This document shows positions 1-9,494 of a stretch of DNA of 64,000 bases, piece by piece. The notes beneath the pieces were generated by a model that did not search any database, was not told the origin of the DNA, and was given only the letters and a program-made list of their open reading frames with translations. The position numbers and the translations under genes were made by a program. The stretch is from Vulcanimicrobiota bacterium (GTDB lineage Bacteria; Vulcanimicrobiota; Vulcanimicrobiia; Vulcanimicrobiales; Vulcanimicrobiaceae). The stretch covers positions 64,001 through 128,000 of the forward strand of contig CAWCIZ010000004.1 of the NCBI GenBank assembly GCA_963795855.1, read 5' to 3'. Positions within the stretch are counted from its first letter, which is position 1. Each line of letters opens with the position of its first letter.

Positions 1-2
1 TG

Positions 3-1658
3 CGAGCCGATTACGACGGGCAAGGCGGCACGCTGGCTTTGCTGGCACAGCTGATTCCGCCCAAGCGCGCGGCCACGCCGATGGGTTTGGGCGGGCTGGC
101 ACTGCTCGTACTCTTCGGATCGTCGATGCTTTACGGGGACGGCGCAATTACTCCGGCGATCTCGGTCATCTCCGCGATCGAAGGGCTCGACGTCTGGACC
201 ACGGCGGCTCATCCATATATCGTTCCGCTCGCCGTCATCATTCTGGTCGGGCTGTTCGCAGTGCAGAAGCGAGGAACGGGGCGCATCGGCATTTTGTTCG
301 GGCCGATCATGCTGCTGTGGTTTGCGGTGCTGGCGGCGTTGGGCGTGTTCGGAATAATGCACGCGCCGCGCGTTTTGGCCGCCGTAAATCCGGCGTTTGC
401 GGTCGAGTTCTTCATGCGAAACGGTTTTCGGAGCTTACTGATTCTCGGCGCCGTCGTGCTGTGCGTGACGGGAGTTGAGGCGCTTTATGCCGATCTCGCG
501 CACTTCGGGCGCAAGCCGATCACGCTCGCATGGGCGATCGGCGTGCTGCCGGCGCTGCTGCTGAATTATTTTGGCCAAGGGGCGCTGACGCTGGCGCAGC
601 CGCGCGCGATCGTCTCACCGTTCTTCACGCTCGTCCCGCGCTGGGGATTGGTCCCAATGGTGTTCCTCGCGACGATTGCGACGGTTATCGCTTCGCAGGC
701 GCTGATTTCGGGCGTGTTCTCGCTCACGCAGCAAGCGATGCAGTTGGGATATACGCCGCGCTTTCGTATAGTGCACACCTCGCGGCACTTCGCCGGGCAG
801 ATTTACATGCCGTCCATCAACACCATGCTAGGCATCATCTGCATCGTTCTCGTCATCACCTTCCGCTCTTCGGAAAAACTCGGAGGCGCCTACGGGCTTG
901 CGGTGACGATCACTATGCTCACGACGACGATTGCGTTCGCGGGTTTGCTGCAGAAGCGCTGGAACTGGCCCCTGTGGCAGTGGCTGCCGCTCATCGCGTT
1001 GTTCCTGGTTTGGGAACTTGCGTTTCTCATCGGCAACGCTTCAAAATTCATCTCCGGCGGCTGGGTTCCGTTCGCCATCGCGCTGGCGCTATTCACGCTA
1101 TTTACGACGTGGAATCGCGGGCGCCGCCGGTTAATGGCCGGCGTGCTGCATCACGCAATGCCCGTCGAGCAATTTCTCAAAGAGGCAAAGGAGAAGACGG
1201 CGCTCAGCGGCACCGCGTTCTTCCTCAGCCCGGACCCGCATGGGATTCCGTTCGTGCTGCACCATCGCTGGATGCGCAGCCACATCATGTACGATACGAT
1301 CGTGCTGCTCACCATCATGCACGCGTCGCAGCCTTTCGTGGCTTCGGAAAAGCGCGTCGACGTCGAGCAACTCACTCCGCGCTTACTGCGCGTCAAAGCG
1401 TGGTACGGATTCATGCAGGAGCCGAACATTCGCGACATCCTGCATCATCTGCGCAAACGGCTGCCGAACGTGGACTTCTCCGAACCGACGTATTACCTCG
1501 CGAGGCCGGCGATTCGTGAAGATCATAGTCCGCAAGGTTTGCCGAATTGGCAACGCAACCTGTTCCGCTGGATGAATCGCAACGCGCGGCCGCTTACCGA
1601 TTCTCTCGGGCTTCCCGCGAATAACGTGATCGAGTTCGGCGTCGAGGTGAAGATCTAG
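3..1658 (+). CDS. kup: KUP/HAK/KT potassium transporter, 5'-truncated by window edge
   Basis: Motifs RADxxG(Q)GG, YGDGAITPAISVISAIEGL, TGVEALYADLAHFG, SQALISGVFS, GQIYMP, AYGLAV, GGWVP; many TM helices. Confidence 0.95.
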   Translation, partial: RADYDGQGGTLALLAQLIPPKRAATPMGLGGLALLVLFGSSMLYGDGAITPAISVISAIEGLDVWTTAAHPYIVPLAVIILVGLFAVQKRGTGRIGILFGPIMLLWFAVLAALGVFGIMHAPRVLAAVNPAFAVEFFMRNGFRSLLILGAVVLCVTGVEALYADLAHFGRKPITLAWAIGVLPALLLNYFGQGALTLAQPRAIVSPFFTLVPRWGLVPMVFLATIATVIASQALISGVFSLTQQAMQLGYTPRFRIVHTSRHFAGQIYMPSINTMLGIICIVLVITFRSSEKLGGAYGLAVTITMLTTTIAFAGLLQKRWNWPLWQWLPLIALFLVWELAFLIGNASKFISGGWVPFAIALALFTLFTTWNRGRRRLMAGVLHHAMPVEQFLKEAKEKTALSGTAFFLSPDPHGIPFVLHHRWMRSHIMYDTIVLLTIMHASQPFVASEKRVDVEQLTPRLLRVKAWYGFMQEPNIRDILHHLRKRLPNVDFSEPTYYLARPAIREDHSPQGLPNWQRNLFRWMNRNARPLTDSLGLPANNVIEFGVEVKI

Positions 1659-1662
1659 CGGC

Positions 1663-2321
1663 TTAGAACGGAAACTCCGAATCGGCGAGACCGACGTTCG
1701 TCTTCAGGTCGGCAAACGTTTCGTCCGCGACGATCTTCTCGCCCACGTACCGCACCTGCCGCACCGGCCAATGCGTTTGTTTGTTCAAATACATCGTCAT
1801 GCGAGTCACGCCGCCGGTTGAAGAAGGATCGGCGACTTTGAGATCCACTTCGTCGGTCGCCATGCCGTCGATCTGCGGGCCGACCCGTTGCGAGAGTCGC
1901 CCTTTATGTTTTTGTACTTGTCCACTTCGTTTTGAAGCAGGCCGTCGGGAATCGTATATCCCCGCAACGAAACCGCCCGCGAATCGTGCAGGCCGACCTT
2001 CAGGTGGATGAACGAAAGCATGCCGCCTTGGTGCCCGGAGACGTGATCGCCGCCGTTCCACACGCCGCCGCTGCCGCTGCCGTCGCCGCTGACGATCAGC
2101 GTCTTCGCCAAGTTCGGGCGCTTGAACCAGTAGTGGTACGTGCGATCCTGCGTGCGATCGCCCGTGGTTTCGTGCGCGCGAACGGTAACCGTATAGTCGT
2201 TGACTTTCGCGAACGCATCGTCGAACGCACCTATCGCCGGCGCGCCGGCGGCAGCCACGGTCAGCGGCGCCAGCGCCAATGCCAAGACGTAAACGGCAAA
2301 TAGCAATCGGCCAGCGTTCAT
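1663..2321 (-). CDS. Secreted LolA-like / lipoprotein-sorting fold protein (one frameshift near 1890)
   Basis: Signal peptide in ORF 1806-2321; C-terminus (..YLNKQTHWPVRQVRY..TFADLKTNVGLADSEF) in ORF 1663-2061 resembles LolA-like proteins. Confidence 0.55.
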
Positions 2322-2346
2322 GTTGCCTCCATGAGCCGAAGAGCGG

Positions 2347-2988
2347 CTATGGAGAAACGTTCTCCTGAGGCTGCGCGGTTCCGCCTGCGCGTGCCGCAGT
2401 GTCGACCAAAAGCGTCCCGTGCTTGCCTTCGACGCCGATCAGCACGTCGCACTTTGCGTTTGCGGCGATTTGCTCTATGTCGCGCCCGAGAGGCGCGCCG
2501 GTATACTTTCCTTCGCGGTACGACCCCATCATGATGAGGTGCGCGCGTTCGCGCTTGGCGACGTCCAACACCGCTTGCGCGGTCTCGCGCGCCTTGATGA
2601 TTTCCGTGCGGATCGACATGCCGTGGTTCATCGCTAGCGTTTCGGCGGCGCCGAGAGCATCGAGGGCGAGGCGTTCCTCGGCGGCCATCGAGGCGTCCGG
2701 CGGAAGCGTGAACGGCACTTCGACGACGTAGATCGCGAGCACGTCGGACTTGGCACCGCGAGCCAGTTTCGTCACCAACGCCATCATGTGGCCGGATTCG
2801 ATGTCCGGCGAAAAAACGACGACGATGCTTCCGACGAGGCGCTCGAGTTCCGTTTCCGCCCGTTTGGCGAGCTTCTGCACGAACGATGCCGGCGGATGCA
2901 GCATCCACCAGAGCGTCGCACCCACGGCGGCGGCGAGCAGCAATGCAATCGCAGCGCCGGCGAGCGAAACCGTTACGGCGTTCGTCAC
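2347..2988 (-). CDS. Universal stress protein domain with N-terminal TM helix
   Basis: USP pattern: VLAIYVVEVP, AVLDVAKRERAHLIMMGS, IAANAKCDVLI. Confidence 0.85.
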   Translation of the reverse strand: MTNAVTVSLAGAAIALLLAAAVGATLWWMLHPPASFVQKLAKRAETELERLVGSIVVVFSPDIESGHMMALVTKLARGAKSDVLAIYVVEVPFTLPPDASMAAEERLALDALGAAETLAMNHGMSIRTEIIKARETAQAVLDVAKRERAHLIMMGSYREGKYTGAPLGRDIEQIAANAKCDVLIGVEGKHGTLLVDTAARAGGTAQPQENVSP

Positions 2989-3170
2989 CGCTGTGCTCGC
3001 CGCAGTCGCGCGTAAAGAAGAAGCCGGTAGATGCCTAAAGATGCGAGCGCCGCGCCGAGAATGATGCCGCTCGCCGTCTGCCAGTGCAACCCCGCCGCGA
3101 GCAACCGAACGACGATCGCCAAGCCGAGTACGACGTACAACGCGTAGAAAATCAGGCGCGCGCCGATCAC
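2985..3170 (-). CDS. Small two-TM membrane protein
   Basis: 61 aa hydrophobic ORF with 4-nt overlaps to both neighbours. Confidence 0.65.
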   Translation of the reverse strand: MIGARLIFYALYVVLGLAIVVRLLAAGLHWQTASGIILGAALASLGIYRLLLYARLRRAQR

Positions 3171-4786
3171 GGAACGCCCGCCGTTTCCGCGGAAGCGTTG
3201 CGGCTGCGCAGGTTTTCCAGATACTCGTCCATCAGCTCCAGTTCACCCGCATTGCGCAGAATGTCGACTTGCCGGTTCGGAAAGTCGTGCTGCTGCGAGC
3301 GGAACACGGGCAAGCCTTTGCGTTTGCGGTATAGGAGATACAAGATGAATCCGGCCACGAGCCAAAACGGCCCGGCGACGCGGCCGATGTCGTGCGTGAT
3401 GAGCGTAAACGCGAGAATGGCGGCGATCCCGAAGAACCCGAGAAGACCGATGATCGGAAATTCGACGCGTTCCCCGCGGAATCGCATCGGAATGTTGAAC
3501 GGGATCTTGAACTTGCGCGGACTGAGCGGATCCGTGAAGCGGAGGCCGATGAGCGCGAGGAACACGAACGAATAGCTCGTCGCGGCGCCGAACGCATAGA
3601 GGTCGCCCAAAAACGTGATGCCGTCCTCGCCGTGAAACAGGCGATTGTAGACGGCGCGCGCGGATGGATCGAGACCCGGAAGGGCGGCAAATACGAGTTC
3701 GACGAGCGCGAGCGCGCAGAACGTGACGATAGAGATGACCGGCGTGCGAAAGCGCTTGTGCACGCGCGTGAAAATTGAAGGCAGTAAATTCGCGCTGCTC
3801 ATCGCGTACGCGATACGCGAACTGCCGAAAACGCCGGAATTACTCGAGATGAGCAGCAGGATGGCGCCCAAAATCGGGACGTAAAATTGCGCGAGGAATC
3901 CCCAATACGGAACCTGTGCGGCGAGCAGCGCAACGCCCTTGCCTTGGTTGTCGCTGTTGTTCGGGAATATCTGCCAAAAAGCCAGCGCGTGGCCGTGCGC
4001 GTCGGCGATCGGATGCCAGGGATGCATTCCGAGCGCGAGGTTCGAGTACCCAAGCGCAAAGATTAGGATTGTGAGAATCAGTGCAATCGACGTGCGCGGA
4101 ATGACCGAAGCCGGACGCTGCGTTTCCTGCGCCGCTTGCGAAATCGATTCGAGCCCGACGAAGGAGATGATCGCCAGCGAGACGCCCTGCATCAATGCGA
4201 ACGGCGAAGGCCACGCAGAATTCATCGTGTGGACGAGCAGTTGCGGATCGAAGGCGAACAGAAAACCGAAGCACAGAATGAGCGTTTCGCTGATCACGTC
4301 GATTGCGCTGACCGAACCCTGAAATGCGGTGCTTTCGCGCACTCCGACGACGTTCAGTAAGCACAGCCCGCCGATGAGAACGGCCACGACGATGAAATGC
4401 ACCCACGGATGCGCCGAAGAAACGAACACCGGCACGAGCTGCGAGAGATAGTCCACGCACGACCACGCGAAGAGCGTGACGTCGATCGTGAAGTCGAGCA
4501 GCACGGCCCAACCGGCAATGAAGCCGAAGACGTCGCCCAGGCCGCGCATGACGAAGTACTGACCGCCGCCGGCTACGGGATACGCCGCAGCGAGTTCGGT
4601 GTACGCGAGCCCGATGCAAACGTAGACCGCGCCCGCGAAAAGGAAAGCAACGTTCGACGCACCGGCAGCGTAGGCCAGCACCAGGCCGAGGCCGATGAAA
4701 ATGTCCGCGCCGACGTCGGAATAGCCCCAGGCGAACGAGCCCCACGGCGTAACCGCGCGTCGGAGTTGCGGTTCCTTTTTGCGCAT
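3167..4786 (-). CDS. APC-family amino acid/cation permease
   Basis: YTELAAAYPVAGG, FIAGW, SFVGLESISQAAQE, SRIAYAMS..LLP..F.RVH.RFRTP; about 12 TM helices. Confidence 0.9.
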   Translation of the reverse strand: MRKKEPQLRRAVTPWGSFAWGYSDVGADIFIGLGLVLAYAAGASNVAFLFAGAVYVCIGLAYTELAAAYPVAGGGQYFVMRGLGDVFGFIAGWAVLLDFTIDVTLFAWSCVDYLSQLVPVFVSSAHPWVHFIVVAVLIGGLCLLNVVGVRESTAFQGSVSAIDVISETLILCFGFLFAFDPQLLVHTMNSAWPSPFALMQGVSLAIISFVGLESISQAAQETQRPASVIPRTSIALILTILIFALGYSNLALGMHPWHPIADAHGHALAFWQIFPNNSDNQGKGVALLAAQVPYWGFLAQFYVPILGAILLLISSNSGVFGSSRIAYAMSSANLLPSIFTRVHKRFRTPVISIVTFCALALVELVFAALPGLDPSARAVYNRLFHGEDGITFLGDLYAFGAATSYSFVFLALIGLRFTDPLSPRKFKIPFNIPMRFRGERVEFPIIGLLGFFGIAAILAFTLITHDIGRVAGPFWLVAGFILYLLYRKRKGLPVFRSQQHDFPNRQVDILRNAGELELMDEYLENLRSRNASAETAGVP

Positions 4787-4790
4787 GCCG

Positions 4791-6050
4791 CTAATAGCCT
4801 ATGGCCGTGCGCTCCAATGCGTTGATCAGATATTCGGTTTCGTTCATCTGTTCGGCCAGATCGTAATCGCGAAAAACCTCCAGCGCTTCGTTGAGCTTGT
4901 TTACGCCGTCGCGCAGCTCTTCGCGCTCGCGCAGTCCATCGGACGCCTTCTGCAGAATCATCGTGCCGTACTTGAGCGCGGTCTTCGCGTATTCCAAACG
5001 GTTGTCGACCGCGGAGAGTTCGTGCAGCGCCGAAAGAAAACTCGTCTTCGCTTCGTCGTAGCGGCGGCGCCGCGTCGCGAGCATTCCCTTGAGCACCGCT
5101 TCGTACGCGTCGTTGCGGTTTCGCGTGGGCGCCAGCGCCCGGTCGAGCGATTGACGTAAGCCGGGATCCGTAACGTCGACGCGGCCGCTCGGACGGCGAT
5201 CGCTTTGCGGCTGTTTTTTCGCCGGCGTCGGCGAGAGCAGCGCCTGCAGGTCGCTGATGAAGTCGTGGGCGCTTTGGTAGCGCTTGCCGGGATCCTTGTC
5301 GATGGCGCGCATGATGACGCGTTCGAGCGGCTCGGGAATGTTGCGGTTGATCTCGTGCGGCGGCGTCGGCGAGTCGTGCACGTGCGAGAAGATCGTCGCG
5401 ACCAGGTCGTCTCTGTCGTTCCGGAACGGCACCGTGCCGGTGAAAATCTCGTACATCACGATGCCGACGGAGTAGAGATCGCTGCGAACGTCCGCGGGTT
5501 TGCTCAAGAAGCGTTCGGGAGCGAGGTAGCCGATCGTTCCGACGATCTGACCGGTGCGCGTCGTTTGGGTCATGTCGCTGGTGCGGCGCGCAAGCCCGAA
5601 GTCCATGACTTTGACGTGCTTGCCGTCTTCGAACGTCATGACGTTCGACGGCTTGATGTCGCGGTGAATCGTGCCTTGCGCGTGCGCGTACTCCAGCGCT
5701 TCCAAGATGTCGATCAGATACGTCAGCGCCTGCCGGTAGGAAAGCGAGCCGCCTTCCAAGTCGCGCAAAGTCTTGCCGCGCACGAGTTCCATGATGATGT
5801 ATGAAATGCCCGACTCTTCACCGACGTCGAACACCTGCACGATGCACGGATGGTTGAGTTTTGCCATTGCCTGCGCCTCGCGCAGGAAGCGCTTGTTGAC
5901 GTCGTCCGAACGATCGATGAGGACCTTGATGGCGACTTCGCGTTCCAGCACTTTGTCGAGCGCGCGATACGTGTCCGCCGTGCCGCCGCGCCCGATGAGT
6001 TCCAGCACCTCGTAGCGGCCGGCGAGGGTGCGGCCGATGAACGTGTCCAT
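4791..6050 (-). CDS. Hanks-type Ser/Thr protein kinase, cytoplasmic, with helical (TPR-like) C-terminal domain
   Basis: IGRGG, VAIK, HRDIKPSN, DFG, GTIGYLAPE, DLYSVG motifs; no TM segment. Confidence 0.95.
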   Translation of the reverse strand: MDTFIGRTLAGRYEVLELIGRGGTADTYRALDKVLEREVAIKVLIDRSDDVNKRFLREAQAMAKLNHPCIVQVFDVGEESGISYIIMELVRGKTLRDLEGGSLSYRQALTYLIDILEALEYAHAQGTIHRDIKPSNVMTFEDGKHVKVMDFGLARRTSDMTQTTRTGQIVGTIGYLAPERFLSKPADVRSDLYSVGIVMYEIFTGTVPFRNDRDDLVATIFSHVHDSPTPPHEINRNIPEPLERVIMRAIDKDPGKRYQSAHDFISDLQALLSPTPAKKQPQSDRRPSGRVDVTDPGLRQSLDRALAPTRNRNDAYEAVLKGMLATRRRRYDEAKTSFLSALHELSAVDNRLEYAKTALKYGTMILQKASDGLREREELRDGVNKLNEALEVFRDYDLAEQMNETEYLINALERTAIGY

Positions 6051-6361
6051 TTAAAAGGCGCTCCGCCCTAGGCTCCGCGCCCCCCAACTGCGTTGGGGCC
6101 CCCCATTATTCATGGCGCCTAAGTATGTGGGCAACTTAGACGTTCCCCGTGGGCGCCGCAAACATTGGTAGTAGGCTGCGCGACGGCCAACTGCGTTGGG
6201 GCCCCCCATAATTCATGGCGCCTAAGTATGTGGGCAACTTAGACGTTCCCCGTCGGCGCCGCAAACATTGGTAGTAGGCTGCGCGACGGCCAACTGCGTC
6301 GGCGCCTCCCATTATTCATGGCGCCTAAATATGTGAGCAACTTAGACGTTCCCCGTGGGCC
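6051..6361 (-). repeat. Tandem 103-bp repeat (about 2.7 units) plus conserved right end, between yraN and the kinase
   Basis: CCAACTGCGT starts at 6084, 6187 and 6290; units near-identical; homologous to 44158-44365. Confidence 0.95.
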
Positions 6362-6380
6362 GAGTGCTGCGTAACATGAG

Positions 6381-6728
6381 TTAGAAGGCGTTCCGGTGTA
6401 AGGTCATGCGCTCCCCATCGACGGCCACGACGTCGAAGCGAAATTGGGCGTTTGGAGCCACGATTTGCACGTAATCGGCTGCGAGCCTGCGAAGCGTGCG
6501 GCGTTTTGCCGCGTTCACCGAAGAGAGTGCGCTGCCGTACCGTCCGGACGTGCGCACTTTGACCTCCACGAAAACGATGGTTTCCCTTTCCCGGCAGACC
6601 AAATCTATCTCGCCGCCGGGAACCCGCAGGTTGCGCTGCACGATGCGGTAACCCGCTTCTTCCAAAAACGTCACGGCCCGATGTTCGCCGTCGCGGCCCT
6701 TAGCGCTGTTATTCGGCAACCGCGACAT
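6381..6728 (-). CDS. yraN: YraN family endonuclease-like protein (UPF0102)
   Basis: G..GE..A..FL...GY.I..RN.R...GEIDLV, IVFVEVKVR, RFDVVAV, NAF; follows rnhB. Confidence 0.9.
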   Translation of the reverse strand: MSRLPNNSAKGRDGEHRAVTFLEEAGYRIVQRNLRVPGGEIDLVCRERETIVFVEVKVRTSGRYGSALSSVNAAKRRTLRRLAADYVQIVAPNAQFRFDVVAVDGERMTLHRNAF

Positions 6729-7404
6729 TGAATCCGAACTGAAGCTGGGCTTCCCGCACTCGCCACCATCCCGAACGGTGGTGCGGCGAGGGTCCATGTT
6801 CCTTGAGTGCGCGCAGGTGCTCCGGCGTGGCATAGCCCTTGTGGTCGGCAAAACCGTAGCGAGGGTCGCTCGCGTGCAGGTCGACGAGAAGGCCGTCCCG
6901 ATACACCTTCGCGACGATCGACGCGGCGGCGACCGTGGCGCTGCGGGCGTCGCCCTTGATCAGCGGTTCCTGAGGCCCCACGAACGAGCGAATCCGCACG
7001 GCGTCGGTAATGAGATATTGCGGCGCCACGCTCAACGATGCGATCGCGCGCTCCATCGCGAGCACGCTGGCCCAATAGATGTTCAGGCGATCGATCTCCT
7101 CGACGCTCGCAACGCCGACGCTCCATGCCGTGCACGATACTTTGATCTTTTCGCATATTTCGGTGCGAAGGGCCGGCAGGACTTGCTTGGAATCGTTCAA
7201 TCCGCGAATCATCAGGGGCTCGCAGGCGACGACGCATGCCGCGACGACCGGCCCCGCGAGCGGCCCGCGGCCGACTTCATCGACGCCTCCGACGTACACA
7301 AAGCCCTTGTCTCTGGCCGCGTTCTCGAACGCGTGAATGCGATGCAGCCGGCGCCGTTCGCGTTCGTATGCGTTCTTTGCTTTACGTTGCTTGGGCGTCG
7401 TCAT
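6709..7404 (-). CDS. rnhB: Ribonuclease HII
   Basis: GVDEVGRGPLAGPVVAA, LNDSK, KGDA.S..VAAASIVAKV.RD, HKGY. Confidence 0.97.
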   Translation of the reverse strand: MTTPKQRKAKNAYERERRRLHRIHAFENAARDKGFVYVGGVDEVGRGPLAGPVVAACVVACEPLMIRGLNDSKQVLPALRTEICEKIKVSCTAWSVGVASVEEIDRLNIYWASVLAMERAIASLSVAPQYLITDAVRIRSFVGPQEPLIKGDARSATVAAASIVAKVYRDGLLVDLHASDPRYGFADHKGYATPEHLRALKEHGPSPHHRSGWWRVREAQLQFGFNVAVAE

Positions 7405-8212
7405 ATGGTGCGGGCTCCAGGGTGATGCGACCGAATTTGCCGTCGTTGAAATCTTTGATGTACGACTGCGCCGCGTTGTGGTATTCCACCTCGCCGCCTC
7501 TGCGCATGAAACCGCGAACGCGGGCGAATGTCTCCAGGTCGGGAACCTTCGTCCGTCCCTTGGTGGTTTCCGCGAGCCAGCGATGGAAACGGATGGAGAT
7601 GTCTTCCGGATCGTAGCGGTCCCGCGGGACGGCTCCGACCAGCGCGAGCTTCCACTGCGCTTCGGGAGAGGCGATTTTCGGCACGAGGATGCCCGGCGTG
7701 TCCATCAGTTCGAGATTCGGACCGACGCGAAACCATTGCAGCTGCCGCGTGACGCCTGCACGATCTTCCGTACGTGCGGCGGCTCGGCGGAGCAGACCGT
7801 TGATGACCGACGACTTGCCGGAGTTCGGCAAGCCGACGACCATGACGCGCTGGGTGCCACGCGCGCCCGAGGCAATTTGTCCGAGATAGTAATTCGCTTT
7901 CGCGACGCTGGCCTGCTCGCGGCCGTTGACCGCGATCGCCTTGCGGCGCCGTTTCTCGAAGTACTCGAGCCAGCGTGCCGTCTGCGATGTGTCCGCCAAA
8001 TCTTCCCGATTGAGAACGAGCAGCCGCGGACGTTTGCCGGCGATCGTGGCCAACATGGAGTTTGCGCCGCTGACCGGGGCACGCGCGTCCACGACTTCGA
8101 TGACGATGTCGATCAGTTTCATGTAGTCGTCGATGCGGCGCATCGCCGACGCCATATGACCGGGATACCATTGGACGACCTGTTCGAACTGGGAATCGGC
8201 GTTCGCCGTCAT
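7382..8212 (-). CDS. rbgA: Ribosome biogenesis GTPase RbgA/YlqF
   Basis: QWYPGHM, DAR.P, GLPNSGKSS, GVTR, DTPG. Confidence 0.95.
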   Translation of the reverse strand: MTANADSQFEQVVQWYPGHMASAMRRIDDYMKLIDIVIEVVDARAPVSGANSMLATIAGKRPRLLVLNREDLADTSQTARWLEYFEKRRRKAIAVNGREQASVAKANYYLGQIASGARGTQRVMVVGLPNSGKSSVINGLLRRAAARTEDRAGVTRQLQWFRVGPNLELMDTPGILVPKIASPEAQWKLALVGAVPRDRYDPEDISIRFHRWLAETTKGRTKVPDLETFARVRGFMRRGGEVEYHNAAQSYIKDFNDGKFGRITLEPAPYDDAQAT

Positions 8213-8718
8213 AACGCGCCCGCGTGACCGAGTGGCCAGATTCCGGCAACGGCTTTACCAAGCACCGCGCTTTCCTGGACGAAGCCCCAAAACCGCGAGT
8301 CATCGCTGTCGGCCCGATTGTCACCGAGCACGTATAATTCGCCCGCGGGCACGGTGACCTGCGCGAAGCTGCGGCGGTCGGGATACCGAACGTATTGCTC
8401 GTCGAGCGCTGCGCCGTTTACGTACACCGCTCCGCGATCGATACGCACGCGATCGCCGGGAAGTCCGATGACGCGCTTGATGTACGTTTCGGGAGTCGCT
8501 CCGTCGTGATGAAACGCGATGATGTCGCCGCGCGCCGGCGCATGCATACGATAGGCGATCGTGTTGATGAGTACGACCTCCCCGGAAGCGATGCGCGGAG
8601 CCATCGACAGACCGGACACTTGCGGCGTTCGCATGAAGAATGCCAACGCAAGGACGGCGAGCAGTGCGAGTTGCGCGCTCGTGCTTGCGACCGAACGCCA
8701 ATGCAATTGCCGGAGCAC
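8209..8718 (-). CDS. lepB: Signal peptidase I (copy 3, short)
   Basis: SGLSM (Ser), YIKRVIGLPGD (Lys), GDNR..S.DSR. Confidence 0.9.
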   Translation of the reverse strand: MLRQLHWRSVASTSAQLALLAVLALAFFMRTPQVSGLSMAPRIASGEVVLINTIAYRMHAPARGDIIAFHHDGATPETYIKRVIGLPGDRVRIDRGAVYVNGAALDEQYVRYPDRRSFAQVTVPAGELYVLGDNRADSDDSRFWGFVQESAVLGKAVAGIWPLGHAGAL

Positions 8719-8734
8719 GCGCCTTTTTTCTAGC

Positions 8735-9494
8735 CTATCGCCACAAAACCCGTGCGCGGCCCAGCGGCCAGAAAATCAAGAATGCGTGTCCCGTAAAGTG
8801 CGCGAGAGTTCCGGCTCTCAATCCGCTGGCGAAACGCCCGTGGAGCTGCGCGAATCCCCACACGTGCGAATCCTCGGAATCGTTGCGGTTGTCGCCCATC
8901 ATGAAGTAACAGTTTGCCGGTATGCGATTGGGTGCAGTCCAATCTTTGCGCGGCGGAATATTGGCGGACGACGGATCCAGGGGCTGATACGTGCCGCCCG
9001 GCTCCTGCACGTAAATGCCGTAGTTCTTGATCGTCATGTTGTAGTCGGGCGGTTCGGCCACATACGGCTCTTTCATCGGCTTGCCGTTCAAGATCACGAC
9101 GCCGTTTTGAATGCTCAGCGTATCGCCGGGCCGCCCGATGACCCGCTTGATGAAGTCGTCGGGGCTCGGGAGCGGCGGCGGAAAGACGACGATATCGCCC
9201 TCTTGCGGTTTGTGGAAGCGATACTCGAATTTATTGACGAGCAGCACGTCGCCGATTTGCAGCGTCGGGATCATGGAGCCGGACGGAATATAGTACGTCC
9301 GTGCGACGAACGTAATGAGCAGGAAGGCAGCTGACGCCGGCGTAGATGAACGGGTCGAGATACTCCCGCGCGAAGCTCGTGGCTTTTCCCTGTGTGTTCG
9401 TACGTACCGCGCGAAACGAGAGAACCACGCGCGCGACGATGAAAACGCCCACCAGACCCAACAGCATGCTCGGAGTCAACGCAAACGTCCCCAC
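8735..9494 (-). CDS. lepB: Signal peptidase I (copy 2; frameshift near 9330)
   Basis: TM N-terminus in ORF 9231-9494; PSGSMIPTL, FIKRVIG, GDNRNDSEDSH downstream. Confidence 0.88.

Noticed and set aside
3..38. Kup GEGG motif reads GQGG
   Set aside because: Single-base difference in an error-prone sequence at the window edge; other key acidic residues are intact
6051..6361. CRISPR array
   Set aside because: Units are ~103 bp with identical intervening segments, there are no unique spacers and no cas genes
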